Assembly (NCBI GenBank): GCA_028023455.1 | Contig: JAQFVV010000005.1 | Span: forward strand, 22,444,001-22,508,000 | Direction of reading: 5' to 3' | Origin: Epiperipatus broadwayi | Taxonomy: Eukaryota > Animalia > Onychophora | DNA length: 64,000 nucleotides | In this document: positions 50,590 through 62,802 of the stretch, one piece after another | Position numbering within the stretch: the first letter of the stretch is position 1 | Layout of the letters: each line of letters opens with the position of its first letter | Notes under the pieces: model-generated | Databases searched by the model: none | Seen by the model: the letters and a program-made list of their open reading frames with translations, nothing else | Told to the model about the DNA's origin: nothing | Made by a program: the position numbers and the translations under genes

Positions 50590-51282
50590 GTGAGTTTTTA
50601 ACTGAATTGTCTTTTTTTTTTTTTTTTCATTAAATTTTTATTATTGTTGCAACAATGAGATATATATTTTAGGTTTTATTTTTGTAATTTTGATTATTAT
50701 TTTTTCTGCGTAACATATAATAAAAGGAGGGGGGGGCTTCCTTTAAAGTGTCATAAGGATTGTTTATACCAACAACAATATAAAAAATAATACTAATAAT
50801 TGCTCAGGACGTTGTAAAAAGTTTGGGTGCCAGCAATAGAATCAGTCCTAGGATCTTACCTCCAAAGTGCACCAAATCATAACATTCATGTATTAATTTA
50901 AGCTTTTAATAAAATCCAGAAAACGATCTAGGGATACGGGTAATAAACTCTGCATTATCTGGAATCTATTGATTGCTCATACTTACAGTAGACTGGTTCT
51001 AGAGTAATATGAAGAAGACTACTTTTGTAAGCATGAGAAAGTCACATGATATTGTTACTGGTATTAACATTCTATCCATAAAATGAAGGGTGCCTACAGT
51101 GGCATAAAAGTGATGATTGTAAAATATATAGGAACTGATTTGGTCTCAAACATATACACCTATGCCAGTGCGTTAGCTTAGATTCAAAATTTTATAGTGT
51201 TTTTATATTTCAGGCTATTATCTATAATAGTCTGACAGCCAAATGCATAAGTGCATTTCAGTTCTAGTTTTGAATTTTAGTT

Positions 51283-51320
51283 TTCACTGATGAAGGCAAA
51301 AGCTAGAACCTACTATGGGA
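51283..51320 (+). ncRNA. Decayed Family A hammerhead
   Basis: UUCA-CUGAUGA-AGGC-AAAA-GCUA-GAAC-CUACUA-UGGGA. Confidence 0.4.
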
Positions 51321-51659
51321 GTTGAGATAGTATGCCATAATTTGTAACTTTTCATTATTTTAGCGTATGATAGATGGCACTACAGCAGAGTGAAGAAAAC
51401 TTTCTCAGAAAGATAGGATATATATAATAGCCAGATTTGCAGTACATTTAATTTTTAATCATTTTCTGTTTATATAAACTTACTTTTTATGATATAATAA
51501 AATCAGAAGTCATGGGCTAAATGTTTCAAGCAGAGTGTTTATTAATATTATGACAAATTACTGATAATTCCATTTACTCACACAGAGGGAGCTAGCGGAA
51601 AGTGAAAAAGGTGTTAATATTAAATGGAAAACTATTTTTAAAAAAAGAAGTTGGTTGAA

Positions 51660-54120
51660 ATACATAATTATATAGAGAAAATGAAATTAAATAGTAAAAT
51701 ATTCAAGGATATTAATAAAAGTGGAAGAAGTGGGAGTAAAAAAAATTGGAAATATATTAAAAGAAGGAATGTAGGAGAGAGAGAAATAATATTACTAAAT
51801 GATGTGGAATAAGAATGTAGGTCTAGAGAAAAATTAGAGACAATCTTAAATAAGAGTATAATAAATATAGAAAACATGTTAGATTTGAAGGACAGAGTGA
51901 TAACAATTGTAAAAGCATATAGTAATGGAAATATTAGTTTTGCAAAAAATGAATTGAATGAGGCAGAGAAGAAGTTGAAAGTGGAAAGGCAAGACAAGAG
52001 GTTTAAATGGATAGGCAGCAGAGATAGTGATGAATTTGGGAAATAGAGCAAAATTAAATCTATTATCATGTTTTAATAAGATGGCACAGAAGACAGAATT
52101 TTCAGATAGCTGGAATAATACAAAAGTGAGACTTATTTAAAGAAAAGCCATAGCAAGATAAGTAATTATAGACTGGTAGCGGAAATGTCAGTCTTATATA
52201 AAGTTTTTGCATATATGGTGGCTGGAAGGCTGGAAAAATGGATGTAAGAAAATAATATAGAATTGCAAGGAGGTTTTAGAAACAAATAGTCATATAGAAG
52301 ATCGTTAATTTGTAGTCACCCAACTTATAGATATGAGTAGGAATACAAGTAGACAGTTTTATTTGGTATTTATAGATATTGAGAAGGCATATGATAGAAT
52401 AAATAGAAATAGATTATAGGTAAGTTTAGTAAATTTGGAATGAATGGAGCATTAGTGAATCTTATTAAGAGAATGTATGAAAATAATTTCTATATATATA
52501 TGTTAAAACGAAGATTTGCACGGGTTAAATATATAAAATACATATTTTGCGGGTTCATCCGTGTTAAAAACTTTTAATATTAATATACTGACGTTCCGAC
52601 TTGGTCACACAAGCCACCAAGTCGAAACGTCAGTATATTAATATTAAAAGTTTTTAACATGGATGGACCCACAAAATATGTATTTTATATATATCAATTA
52701 GGAAATATGGAGTGGGATTAAGGCAAGGATGCCCTATATCACCTATTTTGTTTTTGTTATATTTGAAAGAAATGGAGAAAGTAATAGAAAGACTAGGAAG
52801 AAGGGTAGAGATATCATTAATAGATTGCAAGAGAGGTTTTACATTATCAATTTCTTTTTGTGCACAGAAAGTAGGGAAGATATGGAAGTTATGTTGAAGA
52901 CATAGAGATTAAATTTAGTAAAGAAAAATCAATAGTAATGATGATAAATGCCATGGAAAGAGAAAAGAAAGAAGTTTTATTGGGGGATATAAAGTTAAAT
53001 GTGGTGAATAGGTATAACTATTTCAGAATTGACTGAGAAATTGCTAGTATGAATGGAAGAAAAAAATAATAAATGAAGCAAAGAAAAGAAAGGAACTGAT
53101 AAAGAAATTAACAGTGTTTTCATCTAATGAATATGATGTAGCAAGAATGGTATGGAAGAGAGTGGCAGTAACAATGTTAACTTATGGTAATGATGTGTTA
53201 TGTGTAATAAAGGGGTGTTTGATTACTTAGAAAAAAGTACAAAGAAATAGAAAGACATGCATTAGATACAGATGTGTGGATGGCAAAAGAGGCATTCCGA
53301 AATGGGATGGTCAAATTCTTATATGAGTGTTGCAAAAAGCAAAATGAAAATGTTCGGTAGATTGAAATTTATGTATAGTAAGAGAATAGCCAAAATAGTA
53401 TTAAATTGGGTTACAAGTAATGGACAGGCAACAAGATGGGTGAGAAAAATAGTATAGTATGCAAATTTGGATAAAGGCTATGTCAGTATATTTGTACAAA
53501 AGGTGGGATGATTTTGTTAGGGGAATTGTTGAGTGTTATAGTGGTAAGGAATGGGATAGAAGAATAGATGCATTAATAAAAAATAGGGAGTTGGAGAGAT
53601 GGAGACTAAATGGAGAGTAAAAAGAGTTTAAATATATATAGAAGTAAACAGTATATTGGGTGTGAATTAATTTATAATAATAGCAAGGAAAGTAGCTTAC
53701 TGTTTAAGGCTCAAACAGGATTGTTAGCAACAAGGGAATATACACATAAATGAGAAATGAGGGTGATTTAGTCTGCAAGTTATGTAAGAAAGGCATGGAA
53801 AATATCAGGCATCTGTTAATTGAATGTAAATGTTTATAAGCAGAAAGGGTGCAAATAATGAAGTTGTGGGAGAATAAATATAAACAAAGTGATTATACAG
53901 AAAGTGGGTTCTTGGTTTTTATACTGGGTTTGGAAAAAGATAAGGGGGATTTAGATATAAAGGTCATAGAGTAGACAAAGATAATGTTGTGGAAATGGAA
54001 TGGAGTAGGATAGAGAAGATTATGGGGAGAACTAGGGTGGGAAAGGTAAGGTGGCTAACAAGTTTCTCTGGGCATAATGACTGAGAAATTCCTGATTTCA
54101 ATAAAGGAGAAGCTATAGCC
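51660..54120 (+). mobile_element. Decayed non-LTR retrotransposon (LINE): RT domain plus C-terminal CCHC finger
   Basis: SNYRLVAEMSVLYKVFA, QGGFR, FIDIEKAYDRI, GLRQGCPISPILF (ORF 52712-52897), VCKLCKKGMENIRHLLIEC; many stops, YADD region not seen; interrupted at 52501-52690; clade not assigned. Confidence 0.85.
52501..52690. mobile_element. Family E foldback centred in hammerhead helix II, inserted in a TA run of the LINE
   Basis: Arms about 52529-52606 / 52617-52692; CAAGUC-GAAAC-GUC-AG at 52618-52633; removing it restores LINE MYENNFYIYQLGNME. Confidence 0.8.
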
Positions 54121-55492
54121 CATCACATTATATAAACTACCGCTGTTTTAACAGCTATTGGCTGTCTGAAAGTAATTGTAAGGCGCATGTGGAAGAATAG
54201 CAACCTTCCAGTCATTACTAATTTAATAACAACATGCGATTTAAACAAAATATTATAAACTAATATTATGGAACAAACAAGTTTAAGCAAGCACTTTTTA
54301 ATCATAGTAGCTTTTCAATATAGTGCATAAATAATACTAATCACTTTTTTTATAGTTGAAAATATATATATTTTTTAAATCTTAGGTATAGATTTTAATT
54401 TTTATTATTAAAGATCAAAAGATAGATATTAATTAAAATACCTATTATTCAAAAATTTCATATTCAAAAAAATTTCAAAGATGATTTTTAATCTTTTACA
54501 ATGGATGAATTACTTTATACAAATATTTACTAAAAAAATTTAAAAATTAAAATATTTCATAAATACCCATAAATTAATTAGCCTAATTGTCATGAGTTTT
54601 CTAATTTAATAACCTTATTTAGTTTATGATAAATGCTATAATTCATTTTTAAAAAAGATTACATCCAAATGCTAATTAGAGGAAAGATTAAATTTTACGA
54701 AGTCATTATATTTTTGAAAAATATTACATTGAATTGCTAAATGGATAACCTATATTTAAACAAGAAATTAAAAAGCAAAAGGTACTGTTACATAAAAAAT
54801 TTTCATCACAGTAAAATAGGCATATATTGTATTTTAGAATCTTATATTGTTATTAATAGAATGAATTTATATAGGATACAAAAAGTATAGTATTTATATT
54901 CAGATAAAATTATAGCTAACTTTAATTTATAGTTTAGTAGAGTTGGAGTTTTAAATGAGAAGATAAAAGATCTATTTCTTAAATCTGAAAAATTGAAAAA
55001 TCAGAAAAGATTGTGGAATTAGAGATTTTAGTGTAGATATTTTATTATAAGCCAATAAACATCATGTGATTACCATTTCTTATGCTTGCTCATAACTGTT
55101 ATTAAAACACTGAGTGGCAATACGTATAGAGAGTTTTGTCTCTTTAATATTTTATTATAAATGTTTTACATTTGCATAGCTTACCCTCCTGTCACTTCAA
55201 TGTTTACAGTCATTTGTTAAATGAAGTTGTATAGAAAATATTTTAGATTGTGCATATATATGTATGTATGCATATATTTAAAATAATGAATTTAAAACAA
55301 AATTGAAATATAAAACTAAATATAAATAAAAAATGTATTTAGTTTTATATTTCTTCATTTCTGATCACATGACCTATTATTCTACAACAACTCAACCCAA
55401 TAGACATTATTTACATTACATGACAATAAATATAATTAGTAAAATACATATATATTTAATATCAAATATGATGCTATAATAATATTTATTTA

Positions 55493-55645
55493 AAACATCA
55501 CATGATCACCATCTCATGTTAGCACATAACTGTTAGTAAACAGGCAAAAACTCTCCATATAGTAGCGCCACCTTGTGCATCCATTGATTACTCTGGTTAG
55601 CACAAGGTGGCACTACTATATGGAGAGTTTTTGCCTGTTTACTAA
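55493..55645. repeat. Family A foldback copy
   Basis: Arms about 55533-55577 / 55596-55645. Confidence 0.8.
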
Positions 55646-57345
55646 TATTTATTTAAACAGCATTTGAATTGTTTACACTCTGCACAAAATATTAAGGATT
55701 ATTAATGCATATAAAGTTTGATCATTGTCAAATGGGAAGATGACAGAACTGATACCTGACATGCCACTAAAATAATCTTTAATTAACCTATTACATCACA
55801 AAAATCTCTCTGGCAATTCTTTGCAGATAAAGTACCACATTGGTTAAATGCTGAGTGATGGAGATTGTTGTTTACTTCATTGTTTTTCTCAAAATGGGAT
55901 TGTCTAGATACTTAAGTATTAATCAATAATTGGATAGCTAACACAGTTGGGCATATGCAAAAGAAAAATCATTAGCCTGTTTGGAAACTGAAAAAAATTC
56001 TGTGTTTTATTCCAATTGATAGGGCAATTGATGTACTACTTACAAACCATGTAAATCCCCTTCCTCATAAAACTCTGTTTTAGTATTTTTTACATTATAA
56101 TAATATATTGTCTGTATGAGGTCAAGAAAATTGGGACTTCTTTTCAGATACAAGCTGAAGAGCCTATTGTGCCAGTGGCAGGTGATAGTAATTTAATTGA
56201 ATTATATATACTATAAGGAAATGCAGAAAACATTTTTATATGGTTTCTGTATATATTAAGCTTCTCATTCAGCTGCAAGAATGAAAGGGTTTAAAAAATT
56301 ATATCAAATGGCAGTAGATATATGTATTAAAAAATCATAGTTTTTTAATTATAGACACATGCCTAGAGATGACAAACATATTTTTTGAGTGCTTTCTATT
56401 CTCTAGACATGATAACTAAACCATAATATGCATATATTTTAAGTTCCTTACAAACGAATTATGAAACTCCAAGGAAGGTGAATTAACTTATGAAAATGCA
56501 AATTCAAAATATTAATCAATTTTAAATCAAGACTAAAGAGCTAAGACTGTATTTTAAGAAATAAAAGTATATTTAATTAATAACAATTTTTAATTAATAC
56601 ACATATTTTCAATGTATATAATGATACCTACATAACATATATATTTGATGAATTAATCTGTAATCTATTTTAACAAATATTTCTCCATTAACATCTAGGC
56701 CCGTCCTCTGAAATAATTATGAAGTTATTTAAAACCCCAAAAATTGACAAAGTATGAGGCTGAGATTGCTTCTTTATTTGCAAGATGTAGGCCATGAAAT
56801 AATTTGAAGCAAAAACATTTTTGTATGATGCATTAATTCGATTTTTTTTAATTATAAATATTTACTTTTTTAAAGTAAAGAAACTTAATTATTTGTAAAC
56901 CTATAACAATTAAAATTACTGGAATATGGATTCTAATGTTATTTACCTGTAAATTACCTATTGCAACATTTTTTCCTCTTTAAATATTAAATAATTAATT
57001 TTTTTAAGGCTGAGTAAAGAAACATAGCTTTTTGTAAACCTATAACACAAACTATAGATGCTAATGTTATTTATTCATTGTGGCCTTTACTTATTAGCAG
57101 GACCCTGCTTTTTATGTTAGCAGTTTTACACAGGATGTTCTAAACCTATTAATTCTATTTTTTTTAAAATAAAAAATCGAAGTGAAAAATATCACACACA
57201 GAGAAAACTTAATTACGAAGAAACTTACAAATAACGTTGTGTTCTGTAAAAATATATATATATAAATTCCACATGTAAATTTTTATAATTTTAAATTAAA
57301 TTTTAAATTTTTTTCCTCCATAAATATTAAATGGAATTAAACCTT

Positions 57346-57463
57346 TAAACATCACATGATCACTATCTCCCATGCTTGCTCATAACTGTTGTTAAAATAG
57401 GCAAAACTTTCTCCATACAGTAATGCCACTACTGTATGGGGAGAGTTTTGCCTATTTTAACAA
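57346..57463. repeat. Family A short foldback copy
   Basis: Arms about 57390-57421 / 57430-57463. Confidence 0.7.
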
Positions 57464-57629
57464 AATATTAAATGGCTGAATTTTTTAAAATTTGAGTAAA
57501 GAAACTCAGTTATTTATAAGCCTACAACAATTAAAAAGTCTATACAGGGGGTCTAGTATACTATTAATAAACAGAAATTAAGACGAATCTTAAAATGTTA
57601 TTTTACAAATTTACATCAGGAATAATAGT

Positions 57630-58331
57630 TATGCCATTCAAACATCACATGATCATCATTTTCTATGCTTACATGAGCTGTTAAAACAGTTGCAAACTCT
57701 TCATATTATAGTGCCATCAGTGCAAACCATAGTAAACGATGAATGTTAGAAGGTTTGTCCATAAGAATGTTTTTAATAACAAGCTAATTCACTGGTATAG
57801 TTATATGAATTTGAACCCAATTTAGTATCTACACATTATGATGTCTTTAGTTTTTAATAATAGTTAACTAAATAGGTAAAAGGTGGGTGCCAGGGTGTTG
57901 CATTAGATTCAAAGATCTAGGTGCTGTGCTCTCAAATCCAAAGTTCTTCACTGATGAAAGCCACAAGCTAAAAACTAGTCTGAGGATATTAGACAAAAAG
58001 CTAAACTCTCCCTACAGTAGCACCATTCAGTGCATGTTAGACTAATCAATGGATGCAAGAAGGTTTGTGCATAAAATCCTTATCTAGTGCTTACTCATCG
58101 AATATCCTAAAACTTGTTTCTAGCTTGTGGCTTATCCTTGGATTTGAGAGCACTGCACCTAGATCTTAGGATCTAATGAAACCTTCCAGAAGCCATCTTT
58201 TACCTTATTAGCTAACTATAAAGCTTTGAGTTAAAAAAAAAATGCAAAAATGTTGTCAATTCATGCTCATTAGCTTGTATAGTTGTATGAATCTGAACTC
58301 AGTTTAGCATCTCCATAATCCTATTGGGCAA
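57630..58331. repeat. Family A cluster, left part: plus-strand copy with G12A hammerhead (57947-57985), then first tandem monomer from 58003
   Basis: UUCA-CUGAUGA-AAGC-CACAA-GCUA-AAAAC-UA-GUC-UGAGG; 58003-58331 colinear with 60393-60775. Confidence 0.75.
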
Positions 58332-60318
58332 TGTAAGGTATCCGCCCCAGTGAGAGAAACGACAGGGACAAACAACATACAATAAATTACTAAAATGATT
58401 TAGATTAGTTCACAAATAAAACAACAGCACGAGAATTACTAATTACTAAGATTTATTTAGTTAAATATATCTAACGTTTGCATTAGTTTAACTTAACCCT
58501 ACAGAGAGCCCTGAAGGCGTACAAAATAATAAAAGATTGGGAGGATCTGTTATATTTACCCCTAGTCAGATTTTTGCACCTTCAGATCCAATAATCTGGG
58601 TTTTTCTCCCTCGTAAGTTCTGATCAGCAAAATACAATTATTAGCTCTGTTCTCAGTCAGGCAAAACAGCAAAAGGACCCATGATCCTCTCCTACACAGT
58701 TTATATAGTCCTGCCTGAGGTCTTATCAGTTCCCTCCAATCTCTGCTTCTTATCTTTTCCAATTGTCTAATTATTTCCATTCTATATATTAAAGTTTTAA
58801 TTTCCAAATATTTTATTTGCATAAAATTTGACTTTCTAAATATTTTACTTTGTACAAATTCAAGTTTAACACACACATATATATATCTACTTCTGGAGTA
58901 ATATTTATAACAGTTTTTAATTACATAATAATATTTATACAAGTTATTTTATTTTCACCGTTAGACACAACACTTCCTCCCCTCACTCCAGAAGTAGATT
59001 GTTTTCCCCACAAACATAATCATTTAAATGGAGAGGCTTTCTTTTATTGCGTATGGGTCTAGGCGAATTTCCTTTTTCCGCTTTATGTTGAACATTGCTT
59101 TCTTCTTTTTCATCTCCCCCTAGCGTGTCTTCTGGTAATTCCTGCTCTATGTTATCACTCGTTTCCTGTGGTTGTAGTTGCTCGAATATATCCATCTGCA
59201 TCTCTTCTGGTTCTGCTTTACGTATGTGATTCACATGTCATTTATATTTTAATCCATTATTTTTTCTTCTTTTGCCTGCCTACGATTTCTGAGAGCTAAT
59301 CTGGCAATGTGTTTAGAGGGCCTCGGACTAAAATAGTCTGTTAATTTTTTAATTAATTCTTCAAAATGTACTCCATCCGTTACTGGCCCATCACTCAATT
59401 TATTCACAATTTCAATAACTTTTCATCCAGCTAAACACAATAGAGCTGCAACTTTTTTGTCATTTTCCGTTATGCTGTTTAGCTTAAAAAAAATTTCTAA
59501 CTGCATGACATATAAACGCCATTCCTGCGGGTTTTCTATCCCAAACTTCGTAATATTGCTTTGCCCTAATGACATTTTATAACTTTAGTATTCTCAGCTG
59601 AATATGCGAAAACTCTCTCTATATATGTCTTCTCACTTCGCACGTAGTTCGCATGCAGCTGTCGACTGCACCAACTTTGTAATGTATCCACCCCGGTGAG
59701 AGAAACAACAGGGACAAACAACATACAATAAATTACTAAAATGATTTAGATTAGTTCACAAATAAAACAACAGCATGAGAATTACTAATTACTAAGATTT
59801 ATTTAGTTAAATATATCTAACATTTACATTAGTTTAACTTAATCCTACAGAGAGCCCTGAAGGTGTACAAAATAATAAAAGATCGGGAGGATCTGTTATA
59901 TTTACCCCTAGTCGGATTTTTGCACCTTCAGATCCGATAATCTGGGTTTTTCTCCCTCGTAAGTTCTGATCAGCAAAATACAATTATTAGCTCTGTTCTC
60001 AGTCAGGCAAAACAGCAAAAGGACCCATGATCCTCTCCTATACAGTTTATATAGTCCTGCCTGATGTCTTATCAGTTCCCTCCAATCTCTGCTTTTTATC
60101 TTTTCCAATTGTCTAATTATTTTTATTCTATATATTAAAGTTTTAATTTCCAAATATTTTATTTACATAAAATTTGACTTTCTAAATATTTTACTTTATA
60201 CAAATTCAAGTTTAACACACACATATGTATATCTACTTCTGGAGTAATATTTATAACAGTTTTTGATTACATAATAATATTTATACAAGTTATTTTATTT
60301 TCACCGTTAGACACAACA
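58332..60318 (-). mobile_element. Internally deleted Gypsy (K02A2.6/Mag-like) LTR element, 1987 bp
   Basis: 641-bp TG..CA LTRs at 58332-58972 and 59678-60318 (about 21 substitutions by eye); PBS-like TGGTGCAGTCGACAG 4 nt inside the 5' LTR (tRNA-Ser-like); PPT AGGGGAGGAAG (58973-58983); TSD GGCAA/GGCAG; gag N-terminus from 59575 (EWRLYVMQLEIFFKLNSI..KKVAALL) joined to integrase tail (ORF 58983-59234, ..RNKRKPLHLNDYV). Confidence 0.92.
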
Positions 60319-61025
60319 GGCAGAATTGGTATTAAACCACTAAACATCACATGACTGCAATTCTATACCTATAAGCTGTTTACAGAGAGGCAAAACTCTC
60401 CACACAGTAGTGTCACTCAATGCAAACCAGAGTAATCAATGGATGCAAGAAGGTTTGTGCATAAAATTCCTATCTAGTGCCCCTTTATCCAATTTCCCCA
60501 GACTAGTTTCTAGCTTGTGGTTTTCATCAGTGAGGAGCCTTGGATCTGAGAGCACTGCACCCAGATCTTGGGATCTAATGCAATCCTCCTGCAGCCATCT
60601 TTTATTTTATTAGTTAACTACAAAGCTTTGAGACCAAAATGAAAACACAAAAATGTTTTCAATTCAAGCTCATTAGCTTGTATAGTTGTGTAGATCTGAA
60701 CTCAGTTCAGCATCTACACTTTTTGGTATGTTTGGTTCTTTAATAAACCACAGGTACCATAATCCTATTGGGCAGGATTGGTATTAAAACTACTAAACAT
60801 CACATGATCATCATTCTTACACAAGCTATTTACACAAGCTAAACTCTCCATACAGTAGTCTATTCGGTGCAAGCCAGAGTAATTAATGGATAGGGATTTT
60901 ATGCACAAACCTTGCATCCATTGATTACTCTGGCTTGTAATGAGTGGTGCTACTATATGGAGAGTTTAGACTCTTGTATAAACAGCTTGTGTAAAGCATA
61001 AAGAATGGTGATTGTGTGATGCTAA
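60319..61025. repeat. Family A cluster, right part: tandem monomers at 60393 and 60841 with hammerhead at 60496-60535 (minus), then fold-back
   Basis: Period 448 bp; CCUCA-CUGAUGA-AAAC-CACAA-GCUA-GAAAC-UA-GUC-UGGG with decayed helix II. Confidence 0.8.
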
Positions 61026-61192
61026 GGATATTAGATGAGTAGGCACTAGATAGATATATGCTTGAATTATTTAGTATTCATTGATAACTATGGTTTGCAC
61101 TGAGTGGCACTACTATATGAGAGTGTGCTACTATAATAATAATTATGGTTGGTTATTAACAATTATTCAAAATTATTAAATAAATTGAAAGT

Positions 61193-61505
61193 AAAACTCT
61201 CCATACAGTAGTGTCACCCTGTGCCAACCAGAGTAATCAATGAATGCCAGAAGGCTTGTGCATAAAATCCCTATCTAATGCCTACTCATCCAATATCCCC
61301 AGACTAGTTTCTGGCTTGTGGCCATCATCAGTAGGCATTAGATCATGAGTAGGCATTAGATAGGGATTTTATGTACAAGCCTTCTGGCATTCATTGATTA
61401 CTCTGTTTGGCACCGGGTGGCACTGCTGTCTGGAGAGTTTTGCTTTGTTTATAAACAATTATGTGCCAGTATAAGAGATAGTGATCATGTGATGCTTAAT
61501 GGTTT
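61193..61505. repeat. Family A foldback, about 97-bp arms around a hammerhead spacer
   Basis: Arms 61193-61289 / 61345-61441. Confidence 0.85.
61298..61335 (-). ncRNA. Best-preserved Family A minimal hammerhead
   Basis: CCUA-CUGAUGA-UGGC-CACAA-GCCA-GAAAC-UA-GUC-UGGG; perfect 4-bp helix II (U10.1-A11.1), palindromic ACUAGU. Confidence 0.75.
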
Positions 61506-62618
61506 AAATTGAAAGTAGCAAACATTATACATACTTCAAAAAGAGAAGTGTTTATTAAAATTCAATACTCGTTTTTCATTCTGTTTTAATTTGATGCTTT
61601 CTTTGGTTAATTCTTCATATAAAGCCAGCAGTGAGTTGACTTCTGACACAATTGTGGGTTCCAATTTGATGCAATACAGGCTGTAAAAATCTTTTGTGTT
61701 TTGAAATTATTATTTAACAAGCACTTTTCTTTCTTCTGGACAGTGTAGAATTTCTTACAATTGATGTTAAAATAAGGTCATTTCTTGATGGCTTCTTTAG
61801 TTTATCTGCTAGAGTAGATGACAGATTTTGCATGTTTTAGATGATCATCCAATATTAACTCATTAACCTGGAAGATTATGTCAGATGTATCATAAGTTTA
61901 ATAAAAGATACTGAATTGATTAAAGTTTTAACAAGAAATTTACTTAAAGCAAGTAACTTAAAACTAAATTACTTTCAATCTGAAATATTTTAATATATTA
62001 TTTAATTTTTAAAACAAGTCAATTAGGAATTGGATTTGACATCATTCTTTAATTAGATGCTCTTACAAAGTTTGGTATACAATTAATTAATTCTTTATCA
62101 AAATATTTTCTAATTCGTGAAAGTAAAAACATGTTTGAAATTGATATTATCAAAAAATAAAATCTACTTGTATAATTTTAAATCAAAAATTAAACTTAAA
62201 GAATAAAATAATCATTTCTTTCATATTTTTTTTGCAAACAAAATAAATTTTTAATATTATAATATGTTTTACAAGTGTCAAATTTTATATGCTTATAACT
62301 TTGACACCATTCACTTCAGATAAACACGTTAATGATTATTACTAATCATTTATTAGGCTGGAGATTATTCCTAGTGCAAATATTAATTTTAAACACAATT
62401 AAAAATTAATATATATGATTTTTAAACATAAAAACCTGGAAATATTAAACTCCTTTTCTCTTTTATCATGTGTAATATCGTTTTTATGTATATTTAAAAT
62501 TTCTATTTCGCCATATATTTCTGAAATACATGAATAAAGTCATTTGTTTTTTTCAGATGTCTTTAGTAATATGTTTCAAGAATATAGAATGAAGAGAAAG
62601 TTTTGGATATATAAAAAT

Positions 62619-62641
62619 AATAATAATAATAATAATAATAA
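62619..62641. repeat. (AAT)n microsatellite
   Basis: About 7-8 perfect AAT units. Confidence 0.8.
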
Positions 62642-62802
62642 CTCCTCTTTCTTTTTTTTTAAAAAATTAAAGTAAAATGAAAAATGAAAATATTATTATT
62701 TTAATAATTCTTGCATGAAAGATTTTCTTTAAAAAAATGCTTTTTAAAAATTTGAGATGTTTTAGTTTAAGTCTGTAATACATTACACACACACACATAT
62801 AT

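Noticed and set aside
942-54305. Most short hydrophobic F/L/I-rich ORFs in the supplied track
   Set aside because: Typical chance ORFs of T-rich intron or antisense TE sequence, many starting at non-ATG codons; only those overlapping the listed exons or TE frames were used
56148-56181. Exon-like segment ttttcag|IQAEEPIVPVA|gtgata
   Set aside because: Open only in phase 0; in the gene's phase 1 it hits TGA at once and no compensating exon was found
58965-58993. Linker-like cryptic exon TTLPPLTPE with a good acceptor
   Set aside because: It is made of the LTR end plus the polypurine tract, and at 29 nt (phase 1 to 0) it would shift the frame
58562-60153. Paralogous ORFs 58562-58942 and 59908-60153 on the minus strand
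   Set aside because: They are the same open frame inside the two LTRs and show no recognisable domain
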